A stretch of DNA of 64,000 nucleotides from Candidatus Latescibacterota bacterium. GTDB taxonomy: Bacteria; Latescibacterota; UBA2968; UBA8231. The stretch spans positions 4,352,001 through 4,416,000 of the forward strand of contig OZ242214.1 in NCBI GenBank assembly GCA_965206595.1, in the 5' to 3' direction. The notes below the pieces were generated by a model, which saw only the letters and a list, made by a program, of their open reading frames with translations, ran no database searches and was not told the DNA's origin. Numbering within the stretch: position 1 is the first letter of the stretch; every line of letters starts with the position of its first letter. Shown piece after piece: positions 9,384 to 19,217 of the stretch. A program made the translations under genes and the position numbers.

Positions 9384-10187
9384 CTAGACCCGCCCGTCGA
9401 ATTCGCGCCCCCGGACCAGCATGAAGCGAAACTCGCCGGGCGGCTTCCCGCACTCCATCATCAGGCGCTGATCCTCGTTCCCGCTGCCGAGGTACATGGT
9501 CTCGGATCGGATGTAGTGGAGGGCCAGGCCGCGCCGCCGGTCGGGGGTGGAGTTGGCGCCGGTGCGGTGGAAGTTGAGACCGTGGTGGAACAGGCAGGAG
9601 CCGGCCGGCAATTCCACCGGAACCGGTTCGGGGAGCAGGGGATCGTCGAGGAAGCGGGCTTTCCGCTCCGGGGTGATCGGCCCCCACTTGTGGCTTCCCG
9701 GCAGCACCGTCATGCAGCCGTTTTCCACCGTGGCGTCGTCGAGGGCGACCCAGCATGAGACGTGGTCCTGCGGTGCGAACTGGGGCCAGGCCACCGAGTC
9801 CTGGTGCCAGTCGGTGACGGTGCCGTGATAGCGGGCCTTCATCATCAACTGGTCGCAGTAGAGCTTGATGTTGGGCCCCAGCAGCTCCTCGATGACGTCG
9901 ACGATGGCCTCCTTGCGGGCGGCTGCTTCGAACAAGGGGTCGAAATAGCACAGGTGGGTCATCTTGCGCACCTGGTCGAGGCGGTCGACGCCGTCGCCGT
10001 CCTCCTGGCGGAAGGCGGCTTCAAGCTGGATGTAGCGCGGGGGGACGTGATCCGCTTCGCCCCGGGCTATCTCCTCGCTGCGCCGGCGCAGGTCAGCGAG
10101 TTCGCCGTCGGAGAGGACGCGGTCGAAGGGCAGGTAGCCCTGTTCCTCGAAATGGGTCTTCTGCGCCTGGGTCAGGGTCATGGTCAT
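9384..10187 (-). CDS. Phytanoyl-CoA dioxygenase (PhyH) family Fe/2-OG oxygenase
   Basis: WHQD, WVALDDATVENGCM.VLPGSH, HRTGANST..RR. Confidence 0.9.
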   Translation of the reverse strand: MTMTLTQAQKTHFEEQGYLPFDRVLSDGELADLRRRSEEIARGEADHVPPRYIQLEAAFRQEDGDGVDRLDQVRKMTHLCYFDPLFEAAARKEAIVDVIEELLGPNIKLYCDQLMMKARYHGTVTDWHQDSVAWPQFAPQDHVSCWVALDDATVENGCMTVLPGSHKWGPITPERKARFLDDPLLPEPVPVELPAGSCLFHHGLNFHRTGANSTPDRRRGLALHYIRSETMYLGSGNEDQRLMMECGKPPGEFRFMLVRGREFDGRV

Positions 10188-11212
10188 TCCCTCGGGAGAG
10201 GCAGGTCGATTCTGGCGTTGTCCCGGGCCTGGGACTGCAGGGCCGCGAGCATGATTTCCAGGGTGTCGCGGGCCCGCCGCGGGGGCGAGCTGCTCACCGC
10301 CGTCCCTTCGATCATCTGGGCCAGCTCCTCTACCGCGGGGATGAGGGCGGCCCCGAAGGGGTCCGGGTAGGCGGCACTGGTGTCGGAGGAGACCGGGATC
10401 AGGTTCCCCTGGGACTCCGAGGTGGTCCAGACCTGGCAGTGCTGGTCGCTGACCACGATGCGTCCGTTCGGTCCCTGCAGGTCGTACTCGGAGAACTGCG
10501 GTGTCAGCTTGGCGCTGTTGACCAGGGCGCGGACCCCGTTGGCGAATTCGAGGATCAGGGTCGAGCCCGGGTCGTACTGCGGATCCCTGCCTCCCTTGCC
10601 GTCGTACACCAGGCCGTACTCCTCGAAGCCGCGTTCGTGGGCGGCGATCACCCAGACCGGCTCCGCCTCGGCATAGTAGCAGACCGCGTCGACGATGTGG
10701 GTGCCGTTGCGGAAGAGCATGGAGCGCCGGCCCCCCATGTGGGCGACGATGCGGGTCAAGGGCCCCAGGGTGCCCTCGCGCACGGCCTGGCGCATTTCCC
10801 GGTAGCGGGGAATCCAGCTGCGGGTGTGGTCGACGGACATGCAGGTGCCGTTGCCCTCCACCGTGGCGATCATGCGGTCGGCGTCCGCCAGGGTGGTGGC
10901 CAGCGGTTTCTCGCAGAAGATCCCCCTGACGCCGGCCTCCGAGGCATCGCAGGTCGCCCCGGCGTGCAGGTGATCGGGGGTGGCGACGCTGACCACGTCG
11001 AGGTTTTCCCGCTCCAGCATGAGGCGGTAGTCGGTGTATTCGCCGATGCTGCCCGCGGGAATTTCGGCGCGCTCGTAGAAGCGCGGCATGACCCCGGGGT
11101 CGATGTCGCAGACGGCGACCAGGTCGTACCGGGGGGAACGGGCGTAGGCGTAGGCGTGGGAGCCGCCGAGGCCGCCGCCGATTACCGCGGCGCGCAGGGT
11201 GTCGTCGCCCAT
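10184..11212 (-). CDS. Gfo/Idh/MocA oxidoreductase
   Basis: AAVIGGGLG, DVVSVATPDHLH, CEKPLA, NGTH. Confidence 0.9.
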   Translation of the reverse strand: MGDDTLRAAVIGGGLGGSHAYAYARSPRYDLVAVCDIDPGVMPRFYERAEIPAGSIGEYTDYRLMLERENLDVVSVATPDHLHAGATCDASEAGVRGIFCEKPLATTLADADRMIATVEGNGTCMSVDHTRSWIPRYREMRQAVREGTLGPLTRIVAHMGGRRSMLFRNGTHIVDAVCYYAEAEPVWVIAAHERGFEEYGLVYDGKGGRDPQYDPGSTLILEFANGVRALVNSAKLTPQFSEYDLQGPNGRIVVSDQHCQVWTTSESQGNLIPVSSDTSAAYPDPFGAALIPAVEELAQMIEGTAVSSSPPRRARDTLEIMLAALQSQARDNARIDLPLPRE

Positions 11213-11235
11213 GTCATCTCCTTTTCACGTACAGG

Positions 11236-11405
11236 GGGGGTCTCCGCCGGCAGGCCGGGAATGCCTACCCCCGGTCGCGTTGACCTGTGGCGCGAAAGGC
11301 CCGCGTGCCGGCAGAGCTCCGGGGGTTCCTCCGCTGGCAGGCAGGACATGCCCCGGCGGCGTTGGCCAGGTGAGTCAAAGGCCCGCGCGCCGGCGGCTCC
11401 GGGGG
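11236..11405. repeat. Degenerate tandem repeat, about 2 x 80-85 bp, intergenic
   Basis: Units 11236-11320 and 11321-11400 share GGGGG..CTCCGCYGGCAGGC, ATGCC, GCGTTGRCC and AAAGGCCCGCGYGCCGGC..GCTCCGGGGG. Confidence 0.6.
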
Positions 11406-11425
11406 ATTCGGCTGACAAACCCCCC

Positions 11426-12787
11426 TCAGACGATGCCGAAAGCGAGCATGGCGTCGGCGACCTTGCGGAAGCCGGCGATGTTGGCCCCGGCGAGGTAGTC
11501 GATGCTTCCGTCCTCGCCGCGGCCGTGCTCGGCGCAGCGGGCGTGGATGTCGTCCATGATCTGCTCGAGTTGCCGCTCCATGTCTTCCAGGGTCCACGAG
11601 AGGCGGGCGGAGTTCTGGCTCATCTCGAGACCGGAGACGGCGACGCCGCCGGCGTTGGCCGCCTTGGCCGGTCCGAACAGCACCCCGGCCTCCCGGAACA
11701 GCTCGACGGCGTCCGACTCGCTCGGCATGTTGGCCCCCTCGCAGACGGCGCGCACGCCGTTGCCGATCAGTGTCTGGGCGTCCTCTGCCGACACCTCGTT
11801 CTGGGTGGCGCAGGGCAGGGCTACGTCGCAGGGCACGCCCCAGGGGCGGGCCCCGGCGTGGTAGGCGACGCCCGGGTATGCGTCGGCATATTCCGAGATG
11901 CGCCCGCGGTGCACCTCCTTGAGGTCCTTGAGGAAGGCGAGCTTCTCCTCGCCGATGCCGTCCGGGTCGTGCACGAACCCTGCTGAATCGGACAGGGTCT
12001 GCACCCGGCCCCCGAGCTGGATCAGCTTCTCCGCGGCGTGCAGCGAGACGTTGCCCGAACCGGAGATGTTGGCGCGCAGCCCCTCCATCCCCTCGCCGGC
12101 CTCGGCGAGCATGTGCGACAGGAAAAGCACCGCCCCGTACCCGGTCGCCTCGCTGCGGATCAAGCTGCCCCCGAACTCGAGCCCCTTGCCGGTGAGCACC
12201 CCCTCGAAGGCCCCGGTGATGCGCTTGTACTGGCCGAACATGAAGCCGATCTCGCGCGCCCCGACGCCGATGTCGCCGGCGGGAACGTCGACGTGGGAAC
12301 CGATGTGGCGGTAGAGCTCGGTGGTGAAGGCCTGGCAGAAGCGCATCACCTCGCCGTCCGACTTCCCCTTGGGGTTGAAGTTGGCGCCCCCCTTGCCGGC
12401 CCCCATCGGCAGGCCGGTCAGGCTGTTCTTGAAGGTCTGCTCGAAGGCGAGGAACTTGAGCACGCTCGGGGTCACGGTGTGCGAGAAACGCAGTCCCCCC
12501 TTGTAGGGGCCGATGGCGTTGTTCATCTGCACGCGGTAGCCGCGGTTGACGCGGATCTCGCCGGCGTCGTCCTGCCAGGAGACGCGGAAGGAGACGGTCC
12601 GGTCCGGCTCGGTCATGCGCTCGAGGATCCGGAACTCCCGGTAGACGGGGTGGCGGTCGATGTAGGGCAGCAGCGCTTCGGCCACCTCGCGGACCGCCTG
12701 GTGAAACTCCACCTCGTCCGGGTTGCGCACCGCCAGGCCGTCCATGAACCGGGCGAGCTCGGGATGGGGTTCTTTTCTGTCTGTCAT
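11426..12787 (-). CDS. gdhA: NADP-specific glutamate dehydrogenase
   Basis: GPYKGGLRF, FEQTFKNSLTGLPMGAGKGG, DVPAGDIGVG, EATGYG, EGANMP, KAANAGGVAVSGLEMSQNS. Confidence 0.96.
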   Translation of the reverse strand: MTDRKEPHPELARFMDGLAVRNPDEVEFHQAVREVAEALLPYIDRHPVYREFRILERMTEPDRTVSFRVSWQDDAGEIRVNRGYRVQMNNAIGPYKGGLRFSHTVTPSVLKFLAFEQTFKNSLTGLPMGAGKGGANFNPKGKSDGEVMRFCQAFTTELYRHIGSHVDVPAGDIGVGAREIGFMFGQYKRITGAFEGVLTGKGLEFGGSLIRSEATGYGAVLFLSHMLAEAGEGMEGLRANISGSGNVSLHAAEKLIQLGGRVQTLSDSAGFVHDPDGIGEEKLAFLKDLKEVHRGRISEYADAYPGVAYHAGARPWGVPCDVALPCATQNEVSAEDAQTLIGNGVRAVCEGANMPSESDAVELFREAGVLFGPAKAANAGGVAVSGLEMSQNSARLSWTLEDMERQLEQIMDDIHARCAEHGRGEDGSIDYLAGANIAGFRKVADAMLAFGIV

Positions 12788-12819
12788 GTATCAGATCCTC
12801 GGTGTGAATGGGGTGTGCG

Positions 12820-14613
12820 TCATGTTTCCTCTCCTGGCTTGGCCGACTCGAAGAGCGCCGTTAGTAGATCGAGCTTCCGGGAGACCTCCTCCGGGATAGC
12901 GGCTGGATCCACGAAGTCGATGAGCCGGTGCAGTTCTCCTTTGCGCAGGAGCATAGCGTGGTTCAGCCGTTCTGCAAGGCGGCGAAAGAACTCCTCGGCG
13001 AAGTCGCTGAGCTTGACCTGGGCCGTGGCCGCCGCCCACAACAGGCGGGCTCCGTCGGGGTCGAGCCCCTTCCAGGTAGCAAAGTCCGCTGCGCGTCCGC
13101 CGAAGACGCGCTCCAGTATCAGTTCGTCGAGGACTTCCGCCGTCTCCTTGCGGAAACCGCCGAAGAGCGTCATGTCCCTGTAGTGATGGGCGGCGTAACT
13201 CGCGAGCACACCAGGTGTTACGAAATAGTTCTCCACCTCGTAGCGTGCCCAGTAGGCGGTCCGAAGCCCACCTTCATCGGAGTCTTCCCGCACCTTGCCG
13301 TCGCTGTCGAGAATCGCCAACCCCTTGAGTTCGGGCACCATCCCACGCAGGGCGAAGAAATGCCGGTCCGGGGTCAGGCCAAAGCCCCCCTCCACGCGCT
13401 CGAGCTCCGAATTCATGTCGGCGTCGGGGAAGTTGTCCTGCACGTAGAAAGCGTTGATGCGCTCGTCCCAGGTATCGACGGCTCCATGCCCCAGCCTTTG
13501 CCCAAGCGCCCGCAGGTTGTCGAGATCGCTACCTCCCTCGACGTAGAGAACGTAGCCGCGCTGGCGCGCCCGCACGTAATGGTGGGCCCCGTAATGCTTG
13601 AGGGCGTTACGGATCTCGGTTTTTGCGGCGAGGTCGTCTGCCTGTCCCTCGAGCAGCAGCGTGAGGTTGTGGTCGAGGGCTTCCTGAAGGATGACGTCGG
13701 AGTGGGTGACGAGGACGACCTGCGACTCGTTGCGTGTGGCGATCTCGCGCAGCAATACGTAGACCTGCTTTTGACGCAGGATTTCGAGATGGGCGTCGGG
13801 CTCGTCGATCAGGAGCACGCTGTACCGGTGCGAGTACAGGTAGGCGAAAATGAGCAACATCTGCTGGAGTCCTCGTCCCGCAAGGGCCACGTCGAGCCGT
13901 TCCCTGACATGGTTCTGGCGGTAGAAGAGGTCGATGCCGCCGCGGGCGGTTTCCGCGGGATCCTCCAGCTTCACCCTGAAAAGTCGCTCCATCAGTTCAG
14001 CAATCTCTTTCCAGTCTTCAGGAGCCTTCCTGAACACCATCAAGCAGAGATTGCGCAGAACCTGAGCCGTCTGTCCCTGGCCCAGCAGCACGCCTATGCG
14101 TCCTGGCTGGAGGAGGGGTTCTTCGGTCTCGATTCCTGACATCGGATAAAGCAGTTCGACGTTAATGCTCGCCGCCCTCTTGATGAGCTCGGGTCTGCCA
14201 AGGGTCGTTTCGTCAGGGGTGCAATAGACCAACTCGCTTCCCTGGTTACGAAACCGCATGGTGACGGGCTCGACCTTGTTCTCGTGAAGGACCCCCAGGG
14301 TTATCAGCAACTCGATGTCGCGATTTCCCGTGCGAACGGCTGCGTTGTGCCAGAAGTAACGCGTCCGCTGTACCGGAACCGAGATGATGCTGAGCCGGTT
14401 CAAAGAGGTCGACGTGCGCTCTCTGGGGGGTGCTTGCCCCTTGTTGTCGAACCAGGTTTTTACTGCTTGCGACCAAAGGGCGATCGCCTGGATGGCGGTG
14501 GTCTTTCCGCAGTTGTTCGGACCGATGAGGACGGTCGGATGGCCCAGATCGATGCGCTCAGTTTCCCCGAAACGCTTGAAGTTGTGGATCTCCAGGTAGT
14601 GGAGCAGTCTCAT
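12820..14613 (-). CDS. ABC-type ATPase fused to a TOPRIM-like domain (OLD / fused-PARIS-like nuclease)
   Basis: True start MRLLHYLEIHNFKRF (ATGA overlap with upstream stop). Walker A GPNNCGKTT, signature AGRGLQQ, Walker B LLIDEPD, H-loop VTHS; C-terminal YVEGGSD, ILDSD, RYEVENY. Confidence 0.75.
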   Translation of the reverse strand: MRLLHYLEIHNFKRFGETERIDLGHPTVLIGPNNCGKTTAIQAIALWSQAVKTWFDNKGQAPPRERTSTSLNRLSIISVPVQRTRYFWHNAAVRTGNRDIELLITLGVLHENKVEPVTMRFRNQGSELVYCTPDETTLGRPELIKRAASINVELLYPMSGIETEEPLLQPGRIGVLLGQGQTAQVLRNLCLMVFRKAPEDWKEIAELMERLFRVKLEDPAETARGGIDLFYRQNHVRERLDVALAGRGLQQMLLIFAYLYSHRYSVLLIDEPDAHLEILRQKQVYVLLREIATRNESQVVLVTHSDVILQEALDHNLTLLLEGQADDLAAKTEIRNALKHYGAHHYVRARQRGYVLYVEGGSDLDNLRALGQRLGHGAVDTWDERINAFYVQDNFPDADMNSELERVEGGFGLTPDRHFFALRGMVPELKGLAILDSDGKVREDSDEGGLRTAYWARYEVENYFVTPGVLASYAAHHYRDMTLFGGFRKETAEVLDELILERVFGGRAADFATWKGLDPDGARLLWAAATAQVKLSDFAEEFFRRLAERLNHAMLLRKGELHRLIDFVDPAAIPEEVSRKLDLLTALFESAKPGEET

Positions 14614-15455
14614 GCCGGCAGCCCGGCCATGCGCCGCAACCCGGTTTCGCGAGGCTCCTCGGCCCGGCGAAGCGCCGTCTCGGGAACGCGCAGCTCCGGC
14701 AGCACCTCGGGCTCGGCGCGCACGAAGGCCTCGGCGTAGCCGACGTGGGCGTGCCAGCCGGCGCTTCCGGCCCCGATCTCCACCCGCTTGCGGGCGAACT
14801 CGTCGAACTGGCCCTGGCTCGCGAACATCGTCTCCGCCTCGATGCGCTTGTCGCGCCATTCGGTGATGTCTACGTAGAAGTCCATCTCCTCGGGGGTGAA
14901 GTAGACGCCGAGGTAGTAGGTCACCGCGGTTGTGTGGGGCCTTTCCCGGGTCTGGTAGTTCGGCATCGAGGCGAGGCCGCGCGCCTCGAGAACGGCGATC
15001 GCGGTTTCGTTGTGGTCGTCGCGGGCCATCAGGGCCATGCCGTTGCGCGCGTTGTAGTAGGGCTTCTGCGTGATCAGGACGTGGGGGCGCACGTCGTAGA
15101 ATACCTGTCTCATGTCGACGACGACCCCGGGGCAGTTCTCGATGCGGAACGGCTGCGGCCACTGCATGATGCGTACGTCTGTGACCCCGAAAAGCGCGCA
15201 GACGCGCCGGACTTCGGCCGCCTTGACCTCGGCGTACTCATCCGGGCTCTGGCCGATTACCTCCGGATCGCGCTCCGACTCCGGTTTCATCAGCTCGTCG
15301 TGCAGCCGCTCGTTGTGGGTCTGGGCGCCGCTGGTGACGGTGACCACGGTGACCGAGTCGCCGCGGGCGGCGTGAATGCCGCAGGTGGCGGCGCAGTGGG
15401 TGAAGTCGTGCGGATGGGCGACGACGACGAGAATGCGCAGCGGATGCTCGCTCAT
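14610..15455 (-). CDS. PIG-L/LmbE family deacetylase
   Basis: MSEHPLRILVVVAHPHD...VTVTSG, RPHVLIT, DDHNET, VDITEW.DKR, YAEAFVR. Confidence 0.75.
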   Translation of the reverse strand: MSEHPLRILVVVAHPHDFTHCAATCGIHAARGDSVTVVTVTSGAQTHNERLHDELMKPESERDPEVIGQSPDEYAEVKAAEVRRVCALFGVTDVRIMQWPQPFRIENCPGVVVDMRQVFYDVRPHVLITQKPYYNARNGMALMARDDHNETAIAVLEARGLASMPNYQTRERPHTTAVTYYLGVYFTPEEMDFYVDITEWRDKRIEAETMFASQGQFDEFARKRVEIGAGSAGWHAHVGYAEAFVRAEPEVLPELRVPETALRRAEEPRETGLRRMAGLPA

Positions 15456-16237
15456 GCTGTCCTCTGTTCGATGGCCGGTACCGGCGCGTACTGGTTGTAG
15501 CCTCCGGAACGGTCCTCGCCGCGCACCAGGTAGATGTAGTGGTCTCGGGCGCGGCCGGACGGATGGTGGTGGCGCACCTCCGCGGGGAAGTAGCGCATGG
15601 TGTACCCGCAGCGCCTTTCCGCGGAGCGGTTGGCGTTGGAGGCGTGCAGGGTGAAGGCGTCGTGGAAGTGGCACTCCCCTTGCCGCAGCTCCAGGTCGAC
15701 GACGCCGGCATCTGACAGATCAGAGCCGACTACTTCTCGCGAAAAGAGGTACCCTTCTTTACGTATCTCCTCGTAGCTCAGCCCGCGACGGCGGTGGCTG
15801 CCGGCCACCACCCGCATGCAGCCGTTCTCGACGCGGGACTCGTCGACCGCCAGCCACATGGTGATCACCTTCATCGGCTGCAGCCTGTCCCCCCAGTACA
15901 CCCCGTCCTGGTGCCAGGGCACGGCGAGGCCGTCGTCGCGGCGCTTGCTGATGAAATGACTGGACCAGAGCACGATGTGGGGCCCGATGAAGCGCTCGAT
16001 GACGTCGAGCACCCGCGGGTGGGCGAGGTACTGGAAAAGGAACGGGTGCCGGAAGTGGGGGACGTCGAGGGACTCGGGCCGCTGCTCCGGCGGCAGGGCC
16101 GCGATCATGCCGCCGACGTAGTGCCGCAGCTCCTCCAGCTCGGGCTCGGTGAAGATGCGGCCGAAGGTCAGGTAGCCGTTTTCCCGGTAGAAGCGAACCT
16201 GTTCGTCGGTGGCGGTGGTTTCGGTTTTCCAGCTCAT
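15452..16237 (-). CDS. Phytanoyl-CoA dioxygenase (PhyH) family protein
   Basis: PWHQDG, WLAVDES.VENGCMRVVAGSH, LHASNANRS..RR. Confidence 0.9.
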   Translation of the reverse strand: MSWKTETTATDEQVRFYRENGYLTFGRIFTEPELEELRHYVGGMIAALPPEQRPESLDVPHFRHPFLFQYLAHPRVLDVIERFIGPHIVLWSSHFISKRRDDGLAVPWHQDGVYWGDRLQPMKVITMWLAVDESRVENGCMRVVAGSHRRRGLSYEEIRKEGYLFSREVVGSDLSDAGVVDLELRQGECHFHDAFTLHASNANRSAERRCGYTMRYFPAEVRHHHPSGRARDHYIYLVRGEDRSGGYNQYAPVPAIEQRTA

Positions 16238-16534
16238 GCGGGGCCTGGTCTGGTTACAGAACTCGAGGCGGACTCGAACGTCTCAAAACAAGCCGTTGAT
16301 AAAGTTGTCCGCAGGCGCGGCCGAGTCATGGCGGTCGAAGACTTGGGGCAGAAAAATCACGAAATCGGATCCGACCCCTACCTGGATTTTTCTGCCCCAA
16401 CAAGGCGCCCGACCGAGTCGAATCGCAGGAGATCCGGGGAGGAGCCCCCGGTCTGCCAGGGCCGGCCGCAGCGCCGGATGTGCTTTCAACGGGCTGGCAA
16501 GGCAGACAATATCGGAAAAACGGGAGGGAGTGAC

Positions 16535-17095
16535 ATGACAGCACACCGTCGTTGGCTGGCGATTCTGGCCGTGGCAGCCGCGGGCTGCTCGTCGGTGCAG
16601 ACGGAGCACCCGGTAACCGGCCGTCCCCAGGCCCTCGACAAAGACCGGCTGGAGGGGGCGTGGCTCATCGACGACGAGATCCTCCACCTGAAGTTCGGCG
16701 GCGACAACGTCGGCCGGATGGCCAGCCTGGAATGGAAGGATGGGGAGTTCCGCGTCAGGCGCGGCGAGTTCGTCGTCGCCAACGCCGGGGAGGGCCGATA
16801 CGCGAGCCTGAGGTTCGATGACGACGAAGCCGGCTCCTACGGGTTGCTGAACTACGACTTCGCATCCAACGGGGATCTGCTCGTTCGCGTTGAGCCGACC
16901 GACGAGTTCGAGCGGGCAATCGCCGCCGGGCGGCTGCGCGGACAGGTCAAAAAGGACGGGGATGAAATGGAGATAATGCTGGCGAGCCCGTCGGACATCC
17001 TGCTCTCCTTCCTGTCGTCCGCCTCTCCCAGCCAGCTGTTCGGAGACGAGGCGATTATCCTGAGAAAGCTAACCGTCCCCCGGGGAGTGGAATGA
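16535..17095 (+). CDS. Hypothetical lipoprotein
   Basis: GGGAGGGAG RBS; MTAHRRWLAILAVAAAGC lipobox. Confidence 0.65.
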   Translation: MTAHRRWLAILAVAAAGCSSVQTEHPVTGRPQALDKDRLEGAWLIDDEILHLKFGGDNVGRMASLEWKDGEFRVRRGEFVVANAGEGRYASLRFDDDEAGSYGLLNYDFASNGDLLVRVEPTDEFERAIAAGRLRGQVKKDGDEMEIMLASPSDILLSFLSSASPSQLFGDEAIILRKLTVPRGVE

Positions 17096-18136
17096 CAGCT
17101 GTCCCCCCGGCCCCAGGGCCCGCTTCACCAGGGCCCCGAAAGGGGTGAGCCTCGTGCGTCTGAAGGAGGTAAACATGCTCGGAGTCCAGGCGTGGTCCCA
17201 GATCCAGGCGGTCCAGCCCAGCCCCAGCTCCTCGCAGAAACCGACCAGCTCCTCCCCGTAGTTGCGCATGCTCGCCGGGTGCCCGGCGCCGAATCCCCAC
17301 TCCCCGAGAAACACCGGAGAGGTCATCGACAGCCTGGCGACCACCTTCTTCCAGGACTCGCCGACCCAGGGGTACGGGTGGATCTCGTAGACGATGCCGT
17401 CGCGGCGCACCGGGTCGGAGAGCGCGCCGTCCAGCTCGCTGGCGAAATCGACCCCGGAGACCAGGATCAGGGCCTCGGGGTGCTGGTCCCGCACCGTGTC
17501 GACGAGCTGCTCGGCGACCGGGCGCCACTCGCTCCAGGAGATGAACGCCGGTTCGTTGAAGACGCTGTAAAGGACCCACGGCTTGTCGCGGTAGCGGGCG
17601 GCGATCTCCGTCAGGGAGGCGAGCGCCAGCCCGAGGTCGGGGTCGTAGGGGTTGCCGTTCCAGGGGGGCTCGTAGCCCCAGGGGGTGTCCTCGACCTCGC
17701 CGGTCAGCGGGTTGCCGTGGGCGTGGTACCCCAGCAGCAGGTAGAGCTCCCGATCCCCCGCCCCCTCGACCAGGGGATCGACGAAATCGCGCAGGTACGT
17801 CGGGTGGTTGGACATCAGGTCGGGATGCATCGGCACGCGGACGATGCCGGCGTTCCACTCGACGGCCAGGGTTTCGATATCCCGCTCGCTGGGGTTGGGG
17901 GAGTAGCGGGAAGCGCGGCCGATCAGCGGGTCGACGACGGCCACCCCCCGCAGGATCACGTCGGCGCCGTCGGCGTCGACAATGCGGTTCTCCTCGACGT
18001 GGAGGGCGGTGAACGATCCGGGGCGCGCCGGCGCCGCCGGTTCGGTGGGCAGCTCGCCGCAGGCGAACGCCGACAGTGCCAGGGCCGCGGCGGCGAAGAG
18101 CCGGGGGAAGGAGGGTATTGACGTTGCGCGGAGCAC
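17069..18136 (-). CDS. Glycoside hydrolase family 5 (cellulase-like) lipoprotein
   Basis: AFAC lipobox; VRVP, FNEP acid/base, YEIHPY, PVFLGEWG nucleophile, GWTAW. Confidence 0.85.
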   Translation of the reverse strand: MLRATSIPSFPRLFAAAALALSAFACGELPTEPAAPARPGSFTALHVEENRIVDADGADVILRGVAVVDPLIGRASRYSPNPSERDIETLAVEWNAGIVRVPMHPDLMSNHPTYLRDFVDPLVEGAGDRELYLLLGYHAHGNPLTGEVEDTPWGYEPPWNGNPYDPDLGLALASLTEIAARYRDKPWVLYSVFNEPAFISWSEWRPVAEQLVDTVRDQHPEALILVSGVDFASELDGALSDPVRRDGIVYEIHPYPWVGESWKKVVARLSMTSPVFLGEWGFGAGHPASMRNYGEELVGFCEELGLGWTAWIWDHAWTPSMFTSFRRTRLTPFGALVKRALGPGGQLSFHSPGDG

Positions 18137-18216
18137 CTTATACTTGAAACGTCACTCAATAAGCAGGGGATAGACGTCAACTAAATTTCGTATCGGGACC
18201 ATCGGGACCAAAAAAA

Positions 18217-18519
18217 ATGACAGTGCCGGCCACAGCGATTCCCGACGAGTACCGCTTCGATGTAGCCCGGGCGGTGGAGATATGCAAGGCGGAAGGATGT
18301 CGAGAGGTGTTTATTTTCGGCTCGGTCGCTGCCGGAAGGTATCGGTCCGGGTCCGATCTGGATATCGGTGTCCGCGGTTGTCCGACAAGGCATTTCTATC
18401 GCCTGCTAGGGCGATTGATGGATGAGCTCACCCATCCGGTGGACCTGGTTGATCTGGATGTTGAAACCCGGGTCGCTGAATCCCTCGAGCAGGAAGGTCA
18501 ACTCGTGCATGTTGGATGA
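18217..18519 (+). CDS. mntA: Minimal nucleotidyltransferase (MNT) antitoxin
   Basis: FGS-VAAGRYRSGS-DLD matches GSX10DXD; PVDLVD. Confidence 0.85.
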   Translation: MTVPATAIPDEYRFDVARAVEICKAEGCREVFIFGSVAAGRYRSGSDLDIGVRGCPTRHFYRLLGRLMDELTHPVDLVDLDVETRVAESLEQEGQLVHVG

Positions 18520-18987
18520 GGCCCTCCGCCGGCTCATCGTGCGAGAGCTCGGAGAGATCGATACTCTACTCGACAAGTCCTCTCCATTTCTGGAAAACCC
18601 AGGTGATGCGGAGCCATCTTTTGAGCGCCTGGCTGCGCTGGCGACAGTTCTCAACTCGTTCTACACACCGGTCTCGAGCTGATTTTTCAACGCATCCTCA
18701 AGGAGTTTGACCCGAGGCAGCCCGAGGGCGATCGCTGGCATATCGAGTTGCTGAATCAGGTCGCTCGCGGGACTGAGAGCCGGCCGGTCGTGATCTCAGA
18801 GAAGTCCCGGCAGCGTCTGCGCGACTACCTCGCCTTTCGTCACCGCTCCCGCCATACGTACGCAAACTATCTCGTCTGGGATGGCATGGCCCAGTTGGTC
18901 GCCGGAATGTCGCCGACATGGAATACCGTCCGCGCGGAGATCCTGCAGTTCGTGCAACAGCAGTCGCCGTCGGCCGCCGCCGAGTGA
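18509..18987 (+). pseudogene. hepT: HepT-like HEPN RNase toxin, frameshifted
   Basis: Removing one AC from TACACACCGG (18662-18671) restores LNSFYTGLELIFQRI...DRWHIELLNQ...FRHRSRHTY (RX4HXY). Confidence 0.8.
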
Positions 18988-19080
18988 CGCGACGGCCCTT
19001 TCCTGACTTTCTTCCACCCGGCAGCACCGTACGATTCAAGGGATTTGCTCTTACATCCCCCTCGACCTCAGCGGGACGAG

Positions 19081-19200
19081 AGCGTACTGCCCAGCACCTC
19101 GAACCCGGACTAATCCCCTTCATTCAGCTCGACAAGCAACCCGTTCTTGACCCAGCCAAACTCCGGGTTGATCTCCAGCGCCCTTTCAAAGGCCGCGCGC
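19081..19200 (-). repeat. Diverged direct-repeat copy of the TPR-gene 3' end (partner at 19589-19708)
   Basis: Encodes RAAFERALEINPEFGWVKNGLLVELNEGD* versus RAAFERALEINPEFGWVKNGLLYELDKAD* in the intact gene. Confidence 0.9.
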
Positions 19201-19217
19201 TCAGGTTCCCATTCAAT

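Noticed and set aside
14614-15162. N-terminal extensions in the ORF track (780-aa ATPase, 299-aa MazE, 751-aa ABC, 320-aa sirtuin, 113-aa HicB)
   Set aside because: They overlap upstream genes; true starts are defined by RBS or ATGA overlaps and domain boundaries.
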